Shown: in pieces, positions 9,143 through 18,799 of the stretch
Numbering within the stretch: position 1 is the first letter of the stretch
How the letters are laid out: each line of letters opens with the position of its first letter
Assembly (NCBI GenBank): GCA_964568455.1
Contig: CAZMPJ010000001.1
Location: forward strand, 233,691-297,690
Direction: 5' to 3'
Source: an uncultured bacterium
GTDB taxonomy: Bacteria; Margulisbacteria; WOR-1; O2-12-FULL-45-9
Length of the DNA stretch: 64,000 nt
The notes under the pieces: generated by a model
Database searches by the model: none
Seen by the model: the letters and a program-made list of their open reading frames with translations, nothing else
Told to the model about the DNA's origin: nothing
Made by a program: the position numbers and the translations under genes

Positions 9143-10939
9143 ATGGGCAGAGACACTTTAGTAATTTTAGAAACTATTGATGAGGCAAAGTTGTTGTCAG
9201 CTGAGCTGAACAATAGTCGAGTTCTTTGTTTTCACCCTAATATTCAAGTTTATTTAAAAGATAGAAAAGTTGAAGTGATAGATACTCACCAGTTTATTTC
9301 TTTCCCTGATTTAATGGATAAAGATAATGATTTGGCCAAAGATTTCCAGTCTGTTCCTGGGCAACTTCCAGAAACATATTTTATTGATACTTTTTTGCAT
9401 TATTTGTGTATGATCCGAAGGCATTTCCTTTTTAATATTGAAGTGTTATCAAATTGTTTTAAGTCAGGTCAATATAAAGAGGTGGTTGTTTGCGAGCATG
9501 AGGAGATTAAAACAGGTTCTCCTTGGGTTGAGGATGAACAGCTCTATCTGGCGGGTATAGTTAAACAACTGTGTCAAAAACAGAGAATAAGTTATCGAGG
9601 GATTAAGGCTTCAAAGACTAAGCAGCAAACTAAAAAGCCCACCATAAGTTGGCTTGATAAAGTGCTTAATCGAGTTCGTTATTTAGTTTTAAAAATAATT
9701 GCTAAAAGATTAGCTAAGCAACAAACTTTGTTAGTACCTGGTTTTGGTTTTAACTTGGGCGCCTTATGTCAAGAGCTGCAAAATATGAACCCGCAGCTAA
9801 AGATCATGAGGATTTCTTTGGGTTACCGTGGGGCGCTGACTTTTGCTTTAAACTCTGCTGGATTGTACGATGATAGCTTAGCCAGGAGATATCTAGAGAC
9901 TTGTGTAAAAACATTAGAGAGCCAGAAACTTGTTTATCAGGGAGTTGATTTTGGCCAACCACTAATTAATAAGGTTAAAAACGATCTTTTGTCTTATATG
10001 TTGGATTTTCGTTTTAAGGCTTATGGTTTAGGTTTAGCCTTGAAGGAATTTAAACCGAGTTTTATTCTATCGCAAATGGATTTTGGCATTAATAATGCTT
10101 TGGGTTATTTTGCTAAACAATTAAATATCCCATCAGTTCTAATTAGCCATGGGTCTCATGTTGTCGGAGGAGATAATAAATATGCTCAATGCGAAAATAC
10201 AATTATGGCTAAAATGATTATGGTTGGTGATTATAATTATTGTGCTGTGCAGTCACCTTATGCCAGAGAATTGGCTCTCAAATTAATTGATGATCCTCAA
10301 AGAGTTGTTAATGTAAAGCCTGTTCTGTGGGGTAAAAGGATTATCAAGAAACAACGAGATAAAGCTATTCCTTTGACGTTGGTTCATGCTGGCAGTTTTA
10401 AATTAAGGCATAACCGCTGGTATATCTATGGGACTTCAGATGAGTTTTTGCAAGAATTGCGGGATTTATCTAAAGTGGTAGCTACTTTACCAGGGCTCAA
10501 GTTGATTCTTCGGGTGAGGCCGGACATTTACGAGTTATCTCTTAAAACAGTGGCTGAGCTAGTGCCGCTGGCGGATAATATTACTATTAAATCAGATGGT
10601 TCTTTTCAAGACATTTTAAAAGAGACAGATTTGTTAATTAGCTATTCTTCCACTACAATTGAAGAGGCACTTAATAATAAAATTCCGGTTCTACAATATG
10701 GTGGAGAAGGTAGATATTGTCATATTCCTTGTCAACCATTTTCTCGGGTCAACGAGGTTAACAAGGCTGTTTCTTGGGCGCGCAACAAAGAAGAATTAAA
10801 AGCTTATCTAACCGCTCTAGTAGAGCAAAAAGATATTTTTTCCGTGCCAGACCAGGAATTTGCTAAGCATGTTTTTGCTGATGACCAGGCAGTTGATTTT
10901 AGTGCCTGGTTTTCTAATTTAATAAAAAGTGAGGGGTAA
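9143..10939 (+). CDS. Hypothetical GT-B-like capsule/surface-glycan protein
   Basis: IPSVLISHG, LRVRP, LLISYSSTTIEEAL..KIPV pattern of CDP-glycerol/capsule transferase-like folds. Confidence 0.5.
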   Translation: MGRDTLVILETIDEAKLLSAELNNSRVLCFHPNIQVYLKDRKVEVIDTHQFISFPDLMDKDNDLAKDFQSVPGQLPETYFIDTFLHYLCMIRRHFLFNIEVLSNCFKSGQYKEVVVCEHEEIKTGSPWVEDEQLYLAGIVKQLCQKQRISYRGIKASKTKQQTKKPTISWLDKVLNRVRYLVLKIIAKRLAKQQTLLVPGFGFNLGALCQELQNMNPQLKIMRISLGYRGALTFALNSAGLYDDSLARRYLETCVKTLESQKLVYQGVDFGQPLINKVKNDLLSYMLDFRFKAYGLGLALKEFKPSFILSQMDFGINNALGYFAKQLNIPSVLISHGSHVVGGDNKYAQCENTIMAKMIMVGDYNYCAVQSPYARELALKLIDDPQRVVNVKPVLWGKRIIKKQRDKAIPLTLVHAGSFKLRHNRWYIYGTSDEFLQELRDLSKVVATLPGLKLILRVRPDIYELSLKTVAELVPLADNITIKSDGSFQDILKETDLLISYSSTTIEEALNNKIPVLQYGGEGRYCHIPCQPFSRVNEVNKAVSWARNKEELKAYLTALVEQKDIFSVPDQEFAKHVFADDQAVDFSAWFSNLIKSEG

Positions 10940-10942
10940 GTA

Positions 10943-12094
10943 ATGAAAAAAATGAATGTTTTAGTTGTTGGCGCAGGAATGTATGTTTGCGGTAAGGGAA
11001 CAGATGGCTTTGGCACTATATTGCCGGCGCTTTATCAAGCTGTTAAAGAAGATCTGGTTAATAAAATATTTATTACTGCTACCAGCGCTAAAACCTTAAG
11101 AATACTTAAGACTAAGATTAAACAGCTAAATAAAATGTTTCGAATTTGTCCTGTGATTGAATGCTATGCTGGTGCCAAAGCTTATAAGAAAATTTCAGCT
11201 GATACTGCTATTGTTTCAGTGCCAGACCATCTTCACACAGAGATTGCAGCCAATCTTCTTGCTAGAGGAATTCATTGCTTAGTCGTCAAGCCGTTAGCTC
11301 CGACCTTGGCTGAAGTTAAAAAATTAATTGCATTGCAGCAAAAGAAAAATGTTTACGGCGCGGTTGAATTTCACAAACGTTATGATTTATCCAATCTAAA
11401 ACTGCGGGATACAATTAGACAAGGTTTAATCGGAGACCCGCTTTACTTTATTATTGAATACAGCCAGCGCAAAAGTATTCCTCTGAAACAGTTTAGCCAA
11501 TGGGTAAAACACACTAATATTTTTCAATATTTAGGCATTCATTATGTTGATGTTATCCATTTTGCCACTGGAGCAAGGCCGCTGCGAGCTATGGCTATCG
11601 GCCAAAAAAACTTTTTGGCGAAACAGGGCTGTGATACCTACGATTCTATCGAGGCTATAATTGAATGGCAATTGCCCTCAGGTAAGAAATTTAGCAGCAG
11701 TTTTCATACCAGCTGGGTTGATCCGGAAAACACTTCGGCTATGTCAAATCAACGGATCAAGGTGATAGGGACCAAGGGTAGATATGAGGCTGACCAAAAA
11801 AATCGTGGAATTCGTATTGTTTCTGATCAAAATGGGATTGAAGAACCTAATCCATATTTCTCATCCTTTTTTGGTGAACCGGCTACTGATGAATTTACTT
11901 TTAAAGGATATGGCAATGAAAGTATTAATCGATTTTTGCTAGATGTTAGCCAGGTTATGACAGGCAAGATTAAGGTTAAAAGCCTAGAAGCTCAGCGACC
12001 GACCTTTAAACAATCAATTATTCCTACGGCAGTGGTTGAGGCAGTTAATAAAAGCTTACAGAGCGGTAATAAGTGGGTGAAGGTTGAAAGATAA
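10943..12094 (+). CDS. Gfo/Idh/MocA family oxidoreductase
   Basis: VVGAGMY, VPDHLH, VVKPL, EFHKRYD, GIHYVD. Confidence 0.88.
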   Translation: MKKMNVLVVGAGMYVCGKGTDGFGTILPALYQAVKEDLVNKIFITATSAKTLRILKTKIKQLNKMFRICPVIECYAGAKAYKKISADTAIVSVPDHLHTEIAANLLARGIHCLVVKPLAPTLAEVKKLIALQQKKNVYGAVEFHKRYDLSNLKLRDTIRQGLIGDPLYFIIEYSQRKSIPLKQFSQWVKHTNIFQYLGIHYVDVIHFATGARPLRAMAIGQKNFLAKQGCDTYDSIEAIIEWQLPSGKKFSSSFHTSWVDPENTSAMSNQRIKVIGTKGRYEADQKNRGIRIVSDQNGIEEPNPYFSSFFGEPATDEFTFKGYGNESINRFLLDVSQVMTGKIKVKSLEAQRPTFKQSIIPTAVVEAVNKSLQSGNKWVKVER

Positions 12095-12696
12095 TGGTGA
12101 CAGCGAAAAGCATAACTAAATATTTGCTCAATTATAAGAATTATTTTAATTTGGAGAAAATTTATCTTTTTGAGCAAGAGATAACGGATAAAAAACAATT
12201 TGATATTAAGGCCAAAGCTGACCAGGGAAGTCTAATCGTTTTTAACAACCGTGAGGAGTTAGATAACTCCAACTATGATCTTAGCCAGTTTGCTTTTTTA
12301 AGATCGATTTTGAATAAGGACCAATTATGGCAGGGCGGAGTTTTATTCTTATACACAGTTAATGGCAAACCGGCTCACCTTAGTTGGGTAGCGCTGAAAA
12401 ATTTTGCAGCTTATTCTGACCCTTATTTTATGAGTTCCAACCAAAAAGCCGCTGGGTATATTGGTCCATGTTATACTTTAGAGCAATTTCGTGGTTTAGG
12501 AATTTATCCGCATGTTTTAAATCAAGTCTGCCAATATTTAAGAAAACATGGTAAAGCAAAGGTCCAAATCTTAACCAGGCAGAGCCATCCAGCTTCGGTT
12601 AGGGGTATTGAAAAAGCTGGGGTCCCTTTAATTGCGGATGTGATTTGCCTGAGAATACTATTTCGCAATTTCTACTGGCTAAAGAGGAGAAAATAG
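12094..12696 (+). CDS. GNAT family N-acetyltransferase
   Basis: CYTLEQFRGLGIY acetyl-CoA motif A, ASVRGIEKAG. Confidence 0.75.
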   Translation: MVTAKSITKYLLNYKNYFNLEKIYLFEQEITDKKQFDIKAKADQGSLIVFNNREELDNSNYDLSQFAFLRSILNKDQLWQGGVLFLYTVNGKPAHLSWVALKNFAAYSDPYFMSSNQKAAGYIGPCYTLEQFRGLGIYPHVLNQVCQYLRKHGKAKVQILTRQSHPASVRGIEKAGVPLIADVICLRILFRNFYWLKRRK

Positions 12697-13776
12697 ATGG
12701 GTTATAAACTAAAAAAACACTTGCAGCAAATTATTCGTAAAAGGGCAGGAATACACCAGGCGCCAGAAACCACTCTTTATTTAAACCGAAATGAACGAAC
12801 TATTCCTTTTGATCCTCAAACTAAAAAGCTCTTGTTAGAAAGATTAAGTAAGATTAACCTGAATCTTTATCCTGATATGGAAAAAATCTATCAAAAGCTG
12901 GCACAATGGTTAAACTTGTCAGCAGAAGAAATTTTTATTACCGAAGGAGTTTCCGGTGCGGTTAAAGCTTTGTTGGAGACTATTCCTGACCAAAAAAATA
13001 ATATTGTTTTTCCTTTCCCAACTTTTGCCTTGTATCCGGTATATTGTGACATGTTTCAACTTGAACACCGAAAAATTGGCTATATTAATGATTATCAGCT
13101 TGATGTAGCTGGTTTGCTAAAAGCAATTGACCAAGAAACTGCAATTGTTTTTTTGCCTAATCCCAATGTGCCAATTGAAGGAACCTTAGGCTTAGAACAA
13201 GTTGAGAAAATTGCTAAGCATTGTGCCGAGCAGAATGCCTTATTGGTTTTGGATGAAGTTTATTATCCCTATGGTGGACCGACTGCGATTGAATTTATAA
13301 AAAAATATGACAATGTTTTGGTGATGAGATCCTTTTCCAAGGCTTTTGGTTTAGCCGGGATTAGGGTTGGCTATTTAGCTGGTAACAAGAAAATAATTGA
13401 TTATATATCTAAAATGCGGACGGGATATGAAACCAATAGTGTGTCAGCTGAAATTGCAGCCTTTTTTATTGATAATTTTTCTGTGGTTGAGAATTATATA
13501 AAACAAGTTAAAGAAGGCTTAGCTTATCTTAAAGCACAATTTGACGAACTAGGCTTAGAATATAATGGTGGTAATGCTTCCAATTTTATATATTTGAATC
13601 TAAAAAGCAAAAGTTTAACACAGAAGATTGTTCAAGAATTAAAAGAAAAAGATATCTTGGTCCGTGGTCCTTGGCCAACCCCCTTTGATCAGGGATTTTC
13701 TATTTCTGCCGGGCCTAAAGAACAAATGGTCAAATTAATTGAAGAATTTAAGGTTTTATGGAGAAAACATGGATAG
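12697..13776 (+). CDS. Class I/II PLP aminotransferase, histidinol-phosphate aminotransferase-like
   Basis: LNRNE, PNPNVP, DEVY, RSFSKAFGLAGIRVG. Confidence 0.88.
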   Translation: MGYKLKKHLQQIIRKRAGIHQAPETTLYLNRNERTIPFDPQTKKLLLERLSKINLNLYPDMEKIYQKLAQWLNLSAEEIFITEGVSGAVKALLETIPDQKNNIVFPFPTFALYPVYCDMFQLEHRKIGYINDYQLDVAGLLKAIDQETAIVFLPNPNVPIEGTLGLEQVEKIAKHCAEQNALLVLDEVYYPYGGPTAIEFIKKYDNVLVMRSFSKAFGLAGIRVGYLAGNKKIIDYISKMRTGYETNSVSAEIAAFFIDNFSVVENYIKQVKEGLAYLKAQFDELGLEYNGGNASNFIYLNLKSKSLTQKIVQELKEKDILVRGPWPTPFDQGFSISAGPKEQMVKLIEEFKVLWRKHG

Positions 13777-14875
13777 CGATGTTGTCATAATAGGAGCGGG
13801 CGTAATTGGGTTAGCCATTGCTAATGAGCTTTCTAGCCAAGGGAATTCTGTTGTCTTGCTAGAAAAAGAAGATCGCTATGGAACCGGGATTTCTTCTCGC
13901 AATACTGAAACAATTCATGCGGGGATTTATTATCAAACAGGCTCGCTTAAGGCAACCTTGTGTCTTGATGGTAAGAAGCTGCTCTATGAACATTGCAAAA
14001 AGCATAAGGTTAAGTTTAACCGCACTGGTAAAATATTTGTTGCGGTTACCGATAAAGAAATACCACGTCTAAAACAAACAATTAAACAAGCAGAGGCTAA
14101 TGGTTTGACTGATTTAAAGATGCTTGATCAGCAAGAAATGAAAAAGCTTGAGCCAGAAGTTAGCGCTGTTGCTGGCGTTCTTTCTCCTTCCAGCGGAATT
14201 GTTGATTCGCATGGTTTAATGAAATCATTGTTTAATTTAGGACAAGCCAGTGGAGTGATTTTTGCGGCTTCGTCGCCTGTTTTAGGAGCTAAGCCGATTA
14301 AAGATGGTTGGCAAGTTAAGGTGGGCGGGCCGGAACCAACGGAAATTTCCAGTCGTTTGGTAATTAACGCTGCGGGGTTGTATGCAACTGCTTTGAGTCA
14401 AAATATTTTTCCTGATAGAGCTGTGCCGAAATTTTTTCCAACTAAGGGAAGCTATGTTTGGTTGTCAGGTAAATCGCCGGTTAAGCATCTGATTTATCCC
14501 TCAATTATGCCAGGCATGGTTGAGCCTAGGGTTGATGCCGCGCCTGACTTAAATGGAGAATTGCGCTTTGGTCCTAATGTGGAGGAAACAAAAAATTTGG
14601 AAGATTTTGATCTTGATCCCCAGTTAGTAGAAAAAATGGTTGCAGGGATTAAGCGTTATTTGCCTAATATTGATATTTCTCGACTTAATCCTGACTGTGC
14701 GGGTATTCGTCCAAAGCTTTACGGTCCAGGTGATCCGGTTCAAGACTTTCAGTTTGATTGGGCAAAGGAGCCTGGTTGGCTTGATCTCTGGGGGATGGAA
14801 TCTCCTGGTTTGACTGCTTCTCTGGCTATTGCTAAGCATGTTGCTAAAATGATTAAAGAAAGGGGAACTCTATGA
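13769..14875 (+). CDS. FAD-dependent oxidoreductase, L-2-hydroxyglutarate oxidase (LhgO)-like
   Basis: GAGVIG, SSRNTETIHAGIYY, SGIVDSH, AGIRPK, GMESPGLTASLAIA; ATG 13769 after GGAG. Confidence 0.85.
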   Translation: MDSDVVIIGAGVIGLAIANELSSQGNSVVLLEKEDRYGTGISSRNTETIHAGIYYQTGSLKATLCLDGKKLLYEHCKKHKVKFNRTGKIFVAVTDKEIPRLKQTIKQAEANGLTDLKMLDQQEMKKLEPEVSAVAGVLSPSSGIVDSHGLMKSLFNLGQASGVIFAASSPVLGAKPIKDGWQVKVGGPEPTEISSRLVINAAGLYATALSQNIFPDRAVPKFFPTKGSYVWLSGKSPVKHLIYPSIMPGMVEPRVDAAPDLNGELRFGPNVEETKNLEDFDLDPQLVEKMVAGIKRYLPNIDISRLNPDCAGIRPKLYGPGDPVQDFQFDWAKEPGWLDLWGMESPGLTASLAIAKHVAKMIKERGTL

Positions 14876-15573
14876 AGAAAACAGCTATGATCCCGGCTAA
14901 AAAATCTAGCCAAAGACTACCATCGAAAAATCTAGCTTTATTGGATGGTAAGCCATTGATTTATTATGCCATTAATGCGGCAAAGGAGTCGGGTATTTTT
15001 GATCGTGTTGTGCTCAATTCTGATGACCAGCAGTTTAAAGTCTTGGCAGACCGTTATGGTATTGATTTTTATCTTCGGCCGGAAAGTTTGGGCAGCAGTA
15101 CTACCAAGACAGACGAGGTAGTATATGACTTCATGCTTAATAATCCTGGAGAGATAACCGCCTGGATTAGTCCGATTGCTCCTTTGCAAGCTGGTGAAGA
15201 AGTTAAAAGAGTAATTGAATATTTTTGCGAGCAGAAGCTTGACAGCTTAATCACGGTGAAAGAAGAAAAAGTTCATTGCTTGCTGGGTGAAAAGCCAATC
15301 AATTATAATGAAGAAGAAATCTTTGCTCAAACTCAGGATTTAACACCAATTTTTCGTCAGGTTTATTCGGTCATGATGTGGAGAAATAAAACCTTTATTG
15401 AATCAATGAAAAAACGCGGCCATGCAGTTCTCTGCGGTAAGGTTGGCTACTATCCGGTTAGTAAAGAATCCTCATTAATTATTAAAACAGAAGAAGACTT
15501 GCGTTTGATAGAATATATTATGACAGGCAAGAAAGTAAAAAAAAGGTATAATATGGAGTACGAAAAATTATGA
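14872..15573 (+). CDS. Acylneuraminate cytidylyltransferase family protein
   Basis: [25 protein letters not shown]. Confidence 0.85.
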   Translation: MKKTAMIPAKKSSQRLPSKNLALLDGKPLIYYAINAAKESGIFDRVVLNSDDQQFKVLADRYGIDFYLRPESLGSSTTKTDEVVYDFMLNNPGEITAWISPIAPLQAGEEVKRVIEYFCEQKLDSLITVKEEKVHCLLGEKPINYNEEEIFAQTQDLTPIFRQVYSVMMWRNKTFIESMKKRGHAVLCGKVGYYPVSKESSLIIKTEEDLRLIEYIMTGKKVKKRYNMEYEKL

Positions 15574-16079
15574 GATTAATTGCTAGACTAATTATTGGTT
15601 TAATTAAATATTGTCCGTTTGTTTGGGCTAGACGACTTAGGAATTTTTGTTATCGTAAGCTATTTAAAAGTTCTGGCCTTAGGATTAACATTTGTGATGG
15701 AGTAACGATAATAAATCCTGGCAATGTTACTCTTGGTGACCGGGTTTCAATTCATGAGTACTCATATATAGAAGCAACCGGAGCAATTAAAATAGGGGAT
15801 TATGTTGCTATGGCTAGTGGAGCGACGCTGGTGAGTGAAGGGCATAACTTTGATCGTAAGGATGTTCTAATTAAAGAACAAGGGGTAATCAAGCAACCGA
15901 TTGTTATTGGTAATGATGTTTGGCTAGGGGCCAATGTTACGGTTTTAGGCAATGTTACCATTGGTGATGGTTCAGTCATTGGGGCGGGATCCGTGGTAAC
16001 CAAAGATATCCCTGCTTATGCGGTGGCAGTTGGAGTTCCGTGTAAAGTAATTAAATATAGAGGGAATAAGTCTAAATAA
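15570..16079 (+). CDS. Left-handed beta-helix (hexapeptide) acyltransferase
   Basis: [30 protein letters not shown]. Confidence 0.9.
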   Translation: MRLIARLIIGLIKYCPFVWARRLRNFCYRKLFKSSGLRINICDGVTIINPGNVTLGDRVSIHEYSYIEATGAIKIGDYVAMASGATLVSEGHNFDRKDVLIKEQGVIKQPIVIGNDVWLGANVTVLGNVTIGDGSVIGAGSVVTKDIPAYAVAVGVPCKVIKYRGNKSK

Positions 16080-16080
16080 A

Positions 16081-17457
16081 ATGAGCAAAAAAAATATTTC
16101 TATAATTATTCGTTCCTATAATGAAGAAAAATGGATTGGGGCTTGTCTGGAAGCAATTTTTAAACAAGCGTATAAAGATTTCGAAGTTATTTTAATTGAC
16201 AATAATAGTTCTGACCAAACAGTAAAAAAAGCTGAGAAGTATCCGGTAAAAATAATTAAGATTGATAAATTTTTGCCGGGCCAGGCAATTAATATTGGGA
16301 TCCGTGCTTCGCAGGGAAAATATATTGTTTGCCTATCTGCTCATTGTATCCCAGTTAACACCGAGTGGCTAGGTAATTTGTTGGCTAATTTTAGCGACGA
16401 TAAAGTGGCTGGTGTTTATGGCAGGCAGGAGCCTATGTCTTTCACTTCTGACACTGACAAGAGGGATTTGCTGACGGTTTTTGGTTTAGACAAGAAAATC
16501 CAAACCAAGGATAGTTTTTTCCATAATGCCAATAGTATGATTCGTCGAGATATTTGGGATAAGATTCCTTTTGATGAAAAAATTACTAATATTGAAGACC
16601 GCTTATGGGCTAAGGAAATTGTTAAAGCTGGTTATAAATTAATTTATGAACCGGAGGCCAGTGTTTATCATCACCATGGTATTCATCAGAATCAAAATCA
16701 AGAACGATGTACTAATGTGGTAAAAATTTTAGAAAATCTTGGGAAAGAAGATGGTTATGAATTCCAACATCTGGATTTAAAAGAATTAAATGTCATTGCT
16801 ATTATTCCAGTGAGAGGCCAAGTGCTTAAGCTTAATAATAAGCCTTTGTTGGAATATTCGATTGCCAGTGCCAAAGCCTGTCCTTTTATAAAAAAAGTTA
16901 TTGTCTCTACTGATTCAAAAGAATTGGCAGAAATCGCGAAAAAGGCTGGGGCAGAAGTACCTTTTTTACGTGACCCATCCTTGTCAAAAGAGGATGTGGA
17001 TATTGAGCATGTTTATCAATATACTCTTAAGGAGTTAGAGAAAAAAGGGGTTATTGCTGATATTATAGTGACGTTGGAGAGCACTTTTCCATTTCGTCCT
17101 AAGGGATTTATTGATCAATTGATTTTACGCTTGGTTAAAGAGGGCTTAGATAGTGTTATTGCTGCTAAACCAGAATTTCGGGCTTGCTGGATTAATAATC
17201 AAGGTGAGTTAAAGCGGGTTGATGCGGGGTTTGTTCCACGAAAGTTTAAAGAACCAATGTATCTGGGAGTCCAAAGTTTGGGTTGTGCTACTCATCCGAT
17301 TTTTTTGCGAGCCGGACATTTATTAGGAGAAAAAGTTGGTATTATTGAAGTGAATGATCCCTACAGTTTAGTTGAGGTTAGAGACGAATTAGGCATTCAT
17401 TTTGCCGAGAAATTAATTAAGGATTGGAAGCAATCTATTGGAGAGACAAAAAAATGA
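16081..17457 (+). CDS. Fusion: GT2 glycosyltransferase + C-terminal cytidylyltransferase-like domain
   Basis: IIRSYNEE, IDNNSSD, EDRLWA (GT2); then KPLLEYSI, VSTDS, GAEVPFLR, TFPFR (NeuA-like). Confidence 0.85.
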   Translation: MSKKNISIIIRSYNEEKWIGACLEAIFKQAYKDFEVILIDNNSSDQTVKKAEKYPVKIIKIDKFLPGQAINIGIRASQGKYIVCLSAHCIPVNTEWLGNLLANFSDDKVAGVYGRQEPMSFTSDTDKRDLLTVFGLDKKIQTKDSFFHNANSMIRRDIWDKIPFDEKITNIEDRLWAKEIVKAGYKLIYEPEASVYHHHGIHQNQNQERCTNVVKILENLGKEDGYEFQHLDLKELNVIAIIPVRGQVLKLNNKPLLEYSIASAKACPFIKKVIVSTDSKELAEIAKKAGAEVPFLRDPSLSKEDVDIEHVYQYTLKELEKKGVIADIIVTLESTFPFRPKGFIDQLILRLVKEGLDSVIAAKPEFRACWINNQGELKRVDAGFVPRKFKEPMYLGVQSLGCATHPIFLRAGHLLGEKVGIIEVNDPYSLVEVRDELGIHFAEKLIKDWKQSIGETKK

Positions 17458-18488
17458 GCATAATTAATGTACCAGCTGAAACAATTAGAAAAATGTTTCA
17501 TTCTGTTTTAGATAATATTGGAGTAAGAAAAGATGTGGCCGAGCATTTAATAGAAGGAATTATTCAGGCTTCTTTGCGAGGGGTAGATTCTCATGGCATT
17601 CGCTTATTCCCCCATTATTTAAAGGGATTTGAGGGTGGCCGGCTAAATAAAAACCCAAAGTATTCTTTTTCACAAACAGCAGCCTCAACCGGGAAACTGG
17701 ATGCTGATCATGCACCTGGACACGCAGCTGGAATGGATGCAATGTTAAAAGCTATCAAGCTGGCTAAAGAGTCTGGGATAGGAGCGGTAACGGTTTATAA
17801 TTCTAGCCATTTTGGTGCTGCAGCTTATTACGCTTTAGAAGCGGCAAAACAAGACATGATTGGCTTGAGTTTTACAAATGCCACTGCTCATGTAATTCCT
17901 TATGGAGGTAAGCGCCCGTTTTTAGGCAATAATCCTGTTTGCTTTGTTGCTCCTTGTGAAGGAGAGGGTCCCTTTTGTCTGGATATGGCGACAACACCTA
18001 CAACTTTTAATAAACTGAACATGTTTAAGGAACGAGGCGAGCCCATTCCTGCTGGCTGGGCAGCTGATGAAGATGGCAGAGAAACTCAAGATCCAGATAA
18101 AGCCAAGCATCTTTTTCCTATTGGGCTTTATAAGGGTTTTGGTCTTAGTATGATGGTTGAAATTCTATGTGGTTTGTTGACTGGTGCGCCATTGGGGCCA
18201 AAAATAAGCCATATGTTTGGCACTCCCATGTCGGAAAAGAGATTGTTGGGGCACTTTTTTGCTGCGATTAGAATTGATTGTTTTGAGGACTTGAAAACAT
18301 TTAAAACCCGCCTAAAGAAAATGATGGATGAATTGCGAAATGAGCCGATATTTGATCCTCGCAATCCGATTATGGTACCTGGTGACCCGGAAAAGAAAAA
18401 TTATCAAATGCGTTCTAAAAATGGTATTCCAGTTCCTTCTGAGATGATGGATAGCTTTAAGCAAATAGTTGCAAAATATAGTGCTTGA
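17454..18488 (+). CDS. Ldh_2 family L-2-hydroxyacid/malate/sulfolactate dehydrogenase-like
   Basis: RGVDSHG, SSHFGAAAYY, GNNP, LDMAT, YKGFGL, VPGDPE; ATG 17454 after GGAG. Confidence 0.88.
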   Translation: MSIINVPAETIRKMFHSVLDNIGVRKDVAEHLIEGIIQASLRGVDSHGIRLFPHYLKGFEGGRLNKNPKYSFSQTAASTGKLDADHAPGHAAGMDAMLKAIKLAKESGIGAVTVYNSSHFGAAAYYALEAAKQDMIGLSFTNATAHVIPYGGKRPFLGNNPVCFVAPCEGEGPFCLDMATTPTTFNKLNMFKERGEPIPAGWAADEDGRETQDPDKAKHLFPIGLYKGFGLSMMVEILCGLLTGAPLGPKISHMFGTPMSEKRLLGHFFAAIRIDCFEDLKTFKTRLKKMMDELRNEPIFDPRNPIMVPGDPEKKNYQMRSKNGIPVPSEMMDSFKQIVAKYSA

Positions 18489-18499
18489 TGCTTTTTCTT

Positions 18500-18557
18500 T
18501 TGGTTACTTTTGGCTAGACTTGGCTAATTTAGATAGGCTCTTGACAGATTTTGCCTA
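18500..18557 (+). repeat. Phased direct repeats TTGG(T/C)TA, 10-bp period
   Basis: TTGGTTA 18500, TTGGCTA 18510, TTGGCTA 18520; degenerate copy TTGCCTA 18551. Confidence 0.7.
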
Positions 18558-18568
18558 AGTGCTATACT
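18541..18568 (+). promoter_or_regulatory. Sigma70-type promoter: -35 TTGACA, extended -10 TGcTATACT
   Basis: TTGACA 18541-18546, 16-bp spacer, TG at 18560-61, TATACT 18563-18568; predicted +1 about 18575. Confidence 0.8.
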
Positions 18569-18574
18569 TTTTAT

Positions 18575-18799
18575 ATGGTAATTGATGAAAATGAAATCTA
18601 TACCCCCCAAGAAACTATTTCCATTCTTAAAATATCTGATTCTACGTTTCGGAGATTGATTAGGAAGGGTGTGCTTAAAGCCGCTAAGATTGGTGGACAG
18701 TATCGGGTTTTGGGAAAGCATATTCTTCAGCTTGTAAGTCCGGATTTACCTGGGAAAGTTAAAAAGGCTTATAAGAAGGTTATAAATAAGCTTGATTAA
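18575..18799 (+). CDS. Small excisionase/MerR-like (HTH_17, BldC-like) DNA-binding protein, probably leaderless
   Basis: YTPQETISILKISDSTFRRLIRKGVLKAAKIGGQYRV; ATG 18575 has no SD and coincides with predicted TSS. Confidence 0.85.
   Translation: MVIDENEIYTPQETISILKISDSTFRRLIRKGVLKAAKIGGQYRVLGKHILQLVSPDLPGKVKKAYKKVINKLD

Noticed and set aside
18460-18500. Possible intrinsic terminator before the T-rich run after the Ldh_2 gene
   Set aside because: No convincing GC-rich stem upstream of the T tract
18489-18560. CRISPR array or iteron origin
   Set aside because: Repeats are 7 bp with 3-bp gaps; no spacers, cas or rep genes
18575-18799. Excisionase as evidence of a prophage or integrative element
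   Set aside because: No integrase, att-like repeats or phage genes in the window; a stand-alone regulator is more parsimonious
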